Assembly (NCBI GenBank): GCA_046599375.1
Contig: JBKIWM010000002.1
Location: 503,001-527,000 of the forward strand
Source: Thermodesulfobacteriota bacterium B35
GTDB taxonomy: Bacteria; Desulfobacterota; Desulfobulbia; Desulfobulbales; Desulfobulbaceae
Length of the DNA: 24,000 bases
Reading direction: 5' to 3'
Under the pieces are notes generated by a model. It was not told the origin of the DNA. It saw only the letters and a program-made list of their open reading frames with translations, and did not search any database. The translations under genes and the position numbers were made by a program. This document shows, one piece after another, positions 18,051 through 24,000 of the stretch. The stretch's first letter is position 1. Each line of letters begins with the position of its first letter.

Positions 18051-18716
18051 TCAGGCAGCGGGTATCTCGCAGAACATGGCCTTGGCATCAAAGCGTTTGT
18101 TGTTGACACTGGCCGATTTCTTCAGATCGACGATACTGGATGTTCCATCATAGTCCCGGGTGACGATATCCTCGATGGCACCTATCTCCCGGACAAGCTC
18201 TTTCATGGTCTTCAGGTTGTCGATGACCCGCTTCATATCCTCGCCCAGCTCCGAGTCGGCATCGACCTCGTCCTGCATCAGATCCAGGGTGCCCAGGGCG
18301 ACAAAGAGCGGCGTGTTCATCTCGTGGGCCACGGTGGCGGCCAGGGCGGCGATGGCCTCCCTCTTCTCCTTTTCCCGGGCCTTTTCCCTGTCGCGCAGGA
18401 TACCGAGAACAACGGCCACGATATTGAACAGGGCCACCTCAAGGATCCTGTCCACGTCGCCGGGCACGAAACCGTCCCAGTTGAGGAAGGAAAAGGGCAG
18501 ATAGAAGACCGTGATGGCCACCGAGGTGAGCACGCCTTCGTACAGGCCGAACCAGAAGGTGGCGAGGATTATGGGCAGAAAATAGAGCTCGCGGGCCACC
18601 ACGTGTGCGGTCACATACTCCTCGGTCATGAAGAGGTGCAGGCCGCTGATGGCGAGGACCAGGAAGATGATCACTGATACCTTTTTCATATCATACTGCT
18701 GGGGCTGGGTTTTCAT
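18051..18716 (-). CDS. membrane HisKA-only protein (sensor-kinase paralogue lacking the HATPase_c domain)
   Basis: The N-terminal multi-TM domain is paralogous to that of the 20019..21191 kinase ('ELYFLPIILATFWFGL' vs 'EMYFLPVVLAGFWFGL', both followed by 'RDREK'). H-box 'VAHEMNTPL'. The protein ends about 90 aa later with no N/G1/F/G2 boxes. Start at ATG 18716 after GGAG. Confidence 0.75.
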   Translation of the reverse strand: MKTQPQQYDMKKVSVIIFLVLAISGLHLFMTEEYVTAHVVARELYFLPIILATFWFGLYEGVLTSVAITVFYLPFSFLNWDGFVPGDVDRILEVALFNIVAVVLGILRDREKAREKEKREAIAALAATVAHEMNTPLFVALGTLDLMQDEVDADSELGEDMKRVIDNLKTMKELVREIGAIEDIVTRDYDGTSSIVDLKKSASVNNKRFDAKAMFCEIPAA

Positions 18717-18749
18717 GGTCAGGTCTCCGCTTGTTCTGTTCCTGTAATA

Positions 18750-18777
18750 GTTCACTGCAATCAGCAACTACCTGAAG
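18750..18777 (+). repeat. GTTCAC stem-loop repeat, copy C
   Basis: GTTCACTGCAATCAGCAACTACCTGAAG. The stem CTG/CAG is a compensatory change relative to CCG/CGG in the other copies. Confidence 0.8.
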
Positions 18778-19047
18778 AGTGGTTGTCTGTATCCAGAGAA
18801 TTCCACGAATCGTGCCAGTCCATGCCAAAAACAACAGCGTGCCGCAACCTGCCGCAATATCGTAAAAGAAGAACAGCAGCCCCGGCAGATCCCTGGCAAC
18901 TCTGTCCAGGATCAGGACATCCCTGGCCGCAGCGGGGAGCCCCTGTCCATTTCCGGGACACCGGCACGAATCAGGAGTCGTCCGCCCCACCTCGGTCGTA
19001 ACTGATCACAGGGTATACAAGGTCACGATTTATCAACCTCGTTTTTG

Positions 19048-19152
19048 TAAGCGGTCTCAGGTACCGCATTTTCGTACGGTCGCTCCTGGCCGCTATAGCC
19101 TACTATGCGGGCAGGAGCGACCGTACGAAAATGCGGTACCTGAGACCGCTTA
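19048..19152. repeat. perfect 41-bp inverted repeat with 23-nt apex
   Basis: 19048-19088 is the exact reverse complement of 19112-19152. Apex gccgctatagcctactatgcggg. The outermost 3 bp of the right arm are the TAA stop of the hydroxylase gene. Confidence 0.9.
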
Positions 19153-20022
19153 CCCTCGGTCCGCATCGTCCTGTTGCCCTCCCCGGGCCAGCAGCGACGG
19201 ATCGCCGCCAATGGAGTCGAGGGAATACCTGCCGGGATCTCCGGTTACCGGCAGCAGGAGAAGGCGCGGCAGGGTAAGGCGTTCCGGCCGCCGGTAGTGG
19301 GAGAGACCGATGGTCATGCCCGGATGGCCGGCCGCGGGCTGGGCCCGGTAGGTCCCGAACAGACGGTCCCACCAGGGAAAATTAAAGCCAAAGTTGGAAT
19401 TGGTCTCGCGGATGAGCACCGAATGGTGGACCCGGTGCATGTCGGGCGTGACCACGAGCAGGCGCAGGAAACGGTCCACTGATCGTGGCAGGAGGATATT
19501 GCCGTGGTTGAACATGGCCGTGCCGTTGAGGGTGATCTCGAACAGGAGAACCGCAATCACGGGCGGACCGAGCGCCGCCACGGTCGCCATCTTGATCAGC
19601 ATGGAGAGCAGGATCTCCACCGGGTGAAAACGGAGGCCGGTGGAGACATCGATATCCAGGTCGGCGTGATGCACCATGTGCAGGCGCCAGAGCAGCGGCA
19701 CGGCATGAAACATCAGGTGCTGCAGGTAGATGACCAGGTCGAGGACGATGACCGAGACGGCCACCGCCGCAATGCCGGACATCCGCAGATAGGGGATCAG
19801 GCCCCAGTTGCCACCTGTGGCCGCGGCAGCCACACCGGTGGCGGCCACGGGAAAGAGGAGCCCGACCAGGACCGAGTCAAGCAGAATGATACCGAAGTTG
19901 TTGCACCAGCGTCCGGCCTTGTTCACGGTCAGGGGGCGGCGGGGCCGGAGAACCTCCCAGACCGCGACCATGGCCAGGATGGTGAAGAAAAAGCCCAGCC
20001 GCAGCAGGGTGGAACCAGTCAT
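19150..20022 (-). CDS. fatty acid hydroxylase / sterol desaturase superfamily membrane di-iron enzyme
   Basis: Three His boxes: 'HLMFH', 'HMVHH', 'HRVHH'. 290 aa with multiple TM segments. The ATG overlaps the upstream kinase stop (ATGA). Confidence 0.85.
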   Translation of the reverse strand: MTGSTLLRLGFFFTILAMVAVWEVLRPRRPLTVNKAGRWCNNFGIILLDSVLVGLLFPVAATGVAAAATGGNWGLIPYLRMSGIAAVAVSVIVLDLVIYLQHLMFHAVPLLWRLHMVHHADLDIDVSTGLRFHPVEILLSMLIKMATVAALGPPVIAVLLFEITLNGTAMFNHGNILLPRSVDRFLRLLVVTPDMHRVHHSVLIRETNSNFGFNFPWWDRLFGTYRAQPAAGHPGMTIGLSHYRRPERLTLPRLLLLPVTGDPGRYSLDSIGGDPSLLARGGQQDDADRG

Positions 20023-21191
20023 CGTCGTCTCTCCTTCACAGTTGGCACGCTCTTTCGATGGAACAGTTCACCGCCATCGGCAACCAGCCTCTCTCCTGAC
20101 CCCCTATCCCCTGGCACCTGAAACCTGACCCCTGACCCCTGGCACCTGGCACCTGAAACCTGGCCCCTGCCCCCTGGCCGCCACGGCAGGATCAGCGCAA
20201 AGACCATACCGCCCCCGCTCCTCCTCCGGAATCGGAGTGTCCCGCCATGGGCCTCGACAATCTTGCGGACAATGGCCAGTCCCAGGCCGGTGCCATCCTC
20301 CTTGGTGGTCATGAAGGGGGTGCAGATCCTGGCCATCTCCTCTTCGGGCACTCCCCTGCCCCGATCCAGGACCTCGACCACCACCATGTCCTCTTCGGCT
20401 GCCAGTCTGGTGCGGATCACCACCCTGCCGTCAGCGGGTGAGGCATCCACCCCGTTGCCGATCAGGTTGAGGAGGGCCTGCTGCAGCCGGTTGGCATCAA
20501 AGGAGACCTCAGGCAAACGCCGGTCCAGATCAGGATCGAGCCGGACCCCCTTGATTCGGGCCGCCCCTGCCGCCACCTCCACAGTCTGCCGCACCAGGTC
20601 GTTGAGGTCAGCGCGACTGCAGTGGAGCCGCAGGGGGCGGGCAAAGGCCAGCATGTCCATGATCAGCAGCTCGAGACGGTCGGTCTGGCCGATGATGATG
20701 TCCAGTTTCTTCAAGCTGTCCGGATCGTTTGCTGCTGTTCTGCGTCGGAGCTGACGTGCAAAGCCGCCGATGGCGGTGAGGGGGGTCTTCATGTCATGGG
20801 CGATGCAGGAGATCCCCTTGCCCATGGCCGCCAGGGATTCCATGCGTCGCTGCTGCTCCTGACGGCGCTTTTCACGGTCCCGCATCCAGCCGACCAGGAG
20901 TCCCACCGCGAAATAGAGCATGATCTCCAGCAAGTTGCCGAATTCATGGCCGGTGAAGCGGTCGGCGCGCTGGAAAACAAAGGGCAGGTAGGCGGCGGTC
21001 ACCGCCAGGGAAGCCACCAGGCCGCCGCGCAGACCGAACCAGAATCCGGCCAGGACCACGGGCAGGAAATACATCTCCCGGTAGATGACATGCAGGTAGA
21101 CCAGCTCATCCCCGGTCAGATAATGGGCCAGGCTGATCACGACAATCAGAAATACGATGATGCCGCGCCTGTAGGGATCGTCTCGCAACAT
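20019..21191 (-). CDS. membrane sensor histidine kinase (DUF4118-like TM domain + HisKA + HATPase_c)
   Basis: H-box 'IAHDMKTPL', N box 'LLNLIGNGVDA', G boxes 'DRGRGV' and 'GTGLGLAIV'. The final ~58 aa are translated from a heptanucleotide repeat plus a dispersed repeat copy. Confidence 0.88.
   Translation of the reverse strand: MLRDDPYRRGIIVFLIVVISLAHYLTGDELVYLHVIYREMYFLPVVLAGFWFGLRGGLVASLAVTAAYLPFVFQRADRFTGHEFGNLLEIMLYFAVGLLVGWMRDREKRRQEQQRRMESLAAMGKGISCIAHDMKTPLTAIGGFARQLRRRTAANDPDSLKKLDIIIGQTDRLELLIMDMLAFARPLRLHCSRADLNDLVRQTVEVAAGAARIKGVRLDPDLDRRLPEVSFDANRLQQALLNLIGNGVDASPADGRVVIRTRLAAEEDMVVVEVLDRGRGVPEEEMARICTPFMTTKEDGTGLGLAIVRKIVEAHGGTLRFRRRSGGGMVFALILPWRPGGRGQVSGARCQGSGVRFQVPGDRGSGERLVADGGELFHRKSVPTVKERRR
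20061..20089 (+). repeat. GTTCAC stem-loop repeat, copy D
   Basis: gaacaGTTCACCGCCATCGGCAACCagcc. Positions 20061-20085 match copy E at 24/25. Confidence 0.8.
20093..20177. repeat. imperfect heptanucleotide tandem repeat (NNCCTGR, about 10-12 units)
   Basis: + strand units from 20108: cccctgg cacctga aacctga cccctga cccctgg cacctgg cacctga aacctgg cccctgc cccctgg. It lies inside the 3' end of the 20019..21191 ORF. Confidence 0.85.
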
Positions 21192-21210
21192 GGAGTGGTG
21201 TCAGCAGAGA

Positions 21211-21239
21211 GAACAGTTCATCGCCATCGGCAACCCCGG
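21211..21239 (+). repeat. GTTCAC stem-loop repeat, copy E
   Basis: gaacaGTTCATCGCCATCGGCAACCccgg, in the 69-nt gap between the GAF kinase stop and the membrane kinase start. Confidence 0.8.
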
Positions 21240-21260
21240 TGAATTAGCAATAGATATACA

Positions 21261-22550
21261 TCACCCCTCCCCTGACCGGCTGGCCCCGGGAATCCGGATG
21301 GTGAACGTGGTGCCCTGATCCGGAACAGAGGTCACCTCGATGGTACCGTCGTGCCGCTCTATGATCCGGTGTACATAGGTAAGGCCAAGACCTGTGGAAC
21401 GGGTCCTGGTCGTGTAGAAGGGATCAAAGATCAGGCCGAGCTGGTCCTCGGGTATGCCGGGCCCGGTATCACTGATGTCGATGCGCACGAACTGTCCCTC
21501 GGGCCGGAGGCGTATGCTGATCCGGCCACTGCCGCCAAGGACATCAAGGCTGTTGGCGATCACCTCGTCAAAGACCCTGCGCAGGAGGAGCGGATCGTGC
21601 CGGCAGGGCATTTCCCCCTTGTCCGGTTCCAGGCTGAACTCCACCCCGGCGGCCCGCTCCTGTCCGGCAGCATGACGCAGCGCCTGTGCGGCCAGGCCGA
21701 TGATGTCGCCACGTACAGGAGAAAAGCTGTCCTGGCTGGCGAATTTGGCGAATTCCCCCACGATCTTTTCCAGGCGGTCCGTCCCCTGGATGATATAGGC
21801 CAGTTTTTTCTCCACCCCGGGATCTCCCCGGAGCTCCCGGGCCAGTTGCCTGGCCAGGCCACCCATGCTCATCACCGGGTTGCGGATGCTGTGGGCCACG
21901 CCCATGGCCATTTCGACAATGGAAGCGATCTTCTCGGAACGGATCAGCTCGGCCTGGGTATGGCGCAGCTCCTCCCTGGTCATGACCAGCTTCTGCCGCA
22001 GCCGCTCATGGAGGGCGGCATTCTCCAGGGCGATGGCCGCCTGGCTGGCAAGGGCACAGAAGACCTCCAGTTCGATCTTCTCGTACTGCCGCTGCGGAGC
22101 GGCGATGAAGATCATGCCGGTCACCCGGCCCTTGGTTTCCATGGGGGCGCTGAGAACGGTCTGGAGAAACTGCTGCTCCCCGGCTGTCAGGGCCTGGTAG
22201 ACATCCGCGGGCAGCAGCTCCTGCGGGCGGATAAACCCCTCATGCTGCACCAGGCAGTGGGCGGCATGCTCAAGCCCGATGCTGGAGAAGAGGTTGACAT
22301 CCAGGGGCCAGGTGCCGATGGTGGAGATCTCCTGCATCCGGCCCGGGGCACCATTGTTGTGGAGGAGCAGCGCATTGTCCGCGCCCATCACCCTGGTCAC
22401 CATGGCGAGGATGGTATGGATGAGCTGTTCCTTGTCCAGCTCGGAGTTGATCAGCTTGGTGACGTCATGAAAGGTGAGCAGCAGTTGGCGGAGATTCTGA
22501 CAGGAATCCTGCCGGGCGGGCTCGTCTGCCGAGAGATAGGTATTGTGCAT
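21261..22550 (-). CDS. cytoplasmic GAF-domain sensor histidine kinase
   Basis: N-terminal GAF-like domain, H-box 'VAHSIRNPV', and HATPase_c motifs 'DTGPGIPED' and 'STGLGLTYV'. 429 aa with no TM segment. Confidence 0.85.
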   Translation of the reverse strand: MHNTYLSADEPARQDSCQNLRQLLLTFHDVTKLINSELDKEQLIHTILAMVTRVMGADNALLLHNNGAPGRMQEISTIGTWPLDVNLFSSIGLEHAAHCLVQHEGFIRPQELLPADVYQALTAGEQQFLQTVLSAPMETKGRVTGMIFIAAPQRQYEKIELEVFCALASQAAIALENAALHERLRQKLVMTREELRHTQAELIRSEKIASIVEMAMGVAHSIRNPVMSMGGLARQLARELRGDPGVEKKLAYIIQGTDRLEKIVGEFAKFASQDSFSPVRGDIIGLAAQALRHAAGQERAAGVEFSLEPDKGEMPCRHDPLLLRRVFDEVIANSLDVLGGSGRISIRLRPEGQFVRIDISDTGPGIPEDQLGLIFDPFYTTRTRSTGLGLTYVHRIIERHDGTIEVTSVPDQGTTFTIRIPGASRSGEG

Positions 22551-22631
22551 GATGGCCGGTTTCCTGTCGTGGGGATTGCACCGGACCGTCGATGCTACCG
22601 GTCCGGCAGTGAGGATCTGGCTGCCATCTCC

Positions 22632-24000
22632 TCAATCGATGCGAGCCGTCCGCAGCCGCAGGGCATTGACCACTACGGAGACGGAACTCAGGCTCATGGC
22701 GGCCGCCGCGATGATCGGACTGAGCAGGATACCGAAGAAGGGATAGAGCACTCCGGCCGCCACGGGCACGCCCAGCGAGTTGTAGACAAAGGCGAAGAAC
22801 AGGTTCTGCCGGATATTGGCCATGGTGGCCCGTGAGAGTTTCCGGGCCCGGACAATGCCGGTCAGATCCCCCTTGACCAGTGTCACGCCGGCAGATTCCA
22901 TGGCAACATCGGTGCCCGTGCCCATGGCAATTCCCACGTGGGCCTGGGCCAGGGCGGGGGCATCGTTGATGCCGTCCCCTGCCATTGCCACCATTCTACC
23001 TGCATCCTGGTATTTTTTCACTACTTTTGCCTTTTCATCCGGCAGGACCCCGGCCACGACCTCGTCGATGTCCAGCTGCGCTGCCACGGCCTCGGCCGTG
23101 GCCCGGTTGTCGCCGGTGACCATCACCACCCGCATTCCCTCCCGGTGCAGGGCACGGATGGCGTCCGGGGTGGTCTCCTTGATGGGATCGGAGACAGCGA
23201 CCAGTCCGGCAATGGCGCCGTCCACGGCCACAAACATCACGGTCTTGCCCTGGCGCCGCATCTCTTCGGCCCGCTCGGCAAGAATACGGGTATCAACACC
23301 TGCATTCTCCATGAGATGCAGGTTACCGAGCAAGACCTCGCGGCCGTCAACCGTTCCCCTGACTCCCTTGCCGGTGATCGAGGTGAACTCCTGCGGCTCG
23401 GTCAGTTCAACCCCCTGTTGTCCGGCGCCATGGACAATGGCCGCGGCCAGGGGATGTTCACTGGTCTTCTCCAGGCTTGCCGCCATGCGCAGCAGCCGTT
23501 CTTCGTCCATACCCTCTGCCGGGACCATGCCGGTCAGCTTCGGCTTGCCCAGGGTCAGGGTGCCGGTCTTGTCCACCAGCAGGGTGTCGATCCGGCGCAT
23601 GGTCTCGATGGCCTCGGCATTCTTGAACAGGACGCCCATGGTGGCGCCCTTGCCGGTGGCCACCATGATGGACATGGGGGTGGCCAGGCCGAGGGCACAG
23701 GGACAGGCGATGATCAGTACCGACACAGCGACGATGAGGGCATGGGCCAGTCGCGGTTCAGGACCGAAATAGAACCAGACCGTGAAGGCAAGCAGGGCGA
23801 TACTGATGACCACCGGCACAAACCAGCCCGCCACCTGGTCAGCCAGCTTCTGGATCGGGGCCCGGGAACGCTGGGCCTCGGCCACCATCTGCACGATCCT
23901 GGCCAGCAGGGTCTCGCTGCCCACCTTCTCCGCCCTGATGGTGAGGGCGCCTGTGGTGTTGACGGTGGCGCCGATCACCCGGTCACCCGTGTCTTTCCTG
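22632..24000 (-). CDS. copA: heavy-metal P1B-type ATPase, CopA-like (3' portion; continues beyond the window)
   Basis: 'CPC' in TM6 ('[13 protein letters not shown]'), phosphorylation site 'DKTGTLT', hinge '[10 protein letters not shown]'. The TM7 'YN' and TM8 'MSLSS' signatures are typical of Cu(I)/Ag(I) pumps. Confidence 0.9.
   Translation of the reverse strand, partial: RKDTGDRVIGATVNTTGALTIRAEKVGSETLLARIVQMVAEAQRSRAPIQKLADQVAGWFVPVVISIALLAFTVWFYFGPEPRLAHALIVAVSVLIIACPCALGLATPMSIMVATGKGATMGVLFKNAEAIETMRRIDTLLVDKTGTLTLGKPKLTGMVPAEGMDEERLLRMAASLEKTSEHPLAAAIVHGAGQQGVELTEPQEFTSITGKGVRGTVDGREVLLGNLHLMENAGVDTRILAERAEEMRRQGKTVMFVAVDGAIAGLVAVSDPIKETTPDAIRALHREGMRVVMVTGDNRATAEAVAAQLDIDEVVAGVLPDEKAKVVKKYQDAGRMVAMAGDGINDAPALAQAHVGIAMGTGTDVAMESAGVTLVKGDLTGIVRARKLSRATMANIRQNLFFAFVYNSLGVPVAAGVLYPFFGILLSPIIAAAAMSLSSVSVVVNALRLRTARID

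Noticed and set aside
18691-18990. 99-aa minus-strand ORF (GTG start) with one hydrophobic segment, in the 270-bp gap between the 41-bp inverted repeat and repeat C.
   Set aside because: No ATG or convincing SD. It runs through repeat copy C and overlaps the HisKA-only gene start. Third-position GC is lower than in neighbouring genes, and I recognise no protein family.
19048-19152. Retron msr/msd or IS200/IS605-type end hairpin.
   Set aside because: No reverse transcriptase, TnpA or TnpB gene is present in the window. The identity of the element is left open rather than assigned.
20043-20059. Sigma-54-like TTGGCACgctctTTCGA on the + strand.
   Set aside because: The -12 element is TTCG rather than TTGC. 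It points antisense into a kinase gene, and the sequence is explained as the reverse complement of the hydroxylase RBS region.
5286-21239. The GTTCAC... repeats resemble the 5' end of type I-F CRISPR repeats (GTTCACTGC...) and are about 28 nt long, so a CRISPR array was considered.
   Set aside because: The copies are 0.1-6 kb apart and separated by full housekeeping genes. They occur in both orientations, without regular spacing or cas genes. Similarity beyond the first 9 nt is weak.
5286-21239. Integron attC sites or gene cassettes (GTT...AAC termini, genes flanked by repeats).
   Set aside because: The core is only about 19 nt, against at least 57 nt for attC. GTTCACC does not fit GTTRRRY. 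No intI or attI is present, and the flanked genes include core genes (dus) in mixed orientations.
22575-22606. Hairpin CCGGACC-N12-GGTCCGG after the copA stop, as a possible terminator.
   Set aside because: The stem is only 7 bp with a 12-nt loop, and no U-run follows on the minus strand.
2278-23772. Many long antisense or alternative-frame ORFs, e.g. 2278..3186(-), 3434..4390(+), 5552..6523(-), 6792..8060(+), 9104..9970(-), 10265..11230(-), 11560..12651(-), 13151..14089(-), 15255..16163(+), 16226..17341(+), 21351..22835(+), 22816..23772(+).
   Set aside because: They are shadow ORFs typical of high-GC DNA. They lie opposite or overlapping genes with clear family motifs, and their products are Arg/Pro/Gly/Ala-rich with no recognisable domains.

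Overview
GC-rich bacterial chromosomal window. hgcAB, a cooC-type ATPase and the codon bias suggest an anaerobic Desulfobacterota-like organism, but that is a low-confidence inference. The left half (1-14.3 kb) is housekeeping: leuS-lptE, transketolase, a tRNA-dihydrouridine synthase, a frameshifted DUF445 membrane protein, a HAD phosphatase, a CooC-like ATPase, and the divisome cluster ftsE-ftsX-envC-ctpA. The right half (14.3-24 kb, all on the minus strand) is metal and signalling related. It holds a tightly coupled arsR / Cys-His-rich COG0701 permease / hgcA / hgcB operon for mercury methylation, preceded by a 12-2-12 ArsR-type operator. It also holds a HisKA-only truncated kinase paralogue, a fatty-acid hydroxylase, two full sensor kinases with no response regulator, and the 3' part of a CopA-type P1B ATPase. 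Two unannotated repeat families are superimposed on the intergenic regions. The first is a ~19-28 nt 'GTTCAC...GCAACTACCTGAA' stem-loop repeat with 8 copies; two same-orientation copies bracket the hgc operon. The second is a set of long hairpins (up to a perfect 41-bp stem) sharing a conserved apex. Other oddities are a heptanucleotide tandem repeat forming the 3' tail of a kinase gene, and an 18-nt exact repeat upstream of lptE and ctpA. No CRISPR array, tRNA, rRNA, transposase or integrase was recognised. The many long antisense ORFs in the track are high-GC shadow ORFs.
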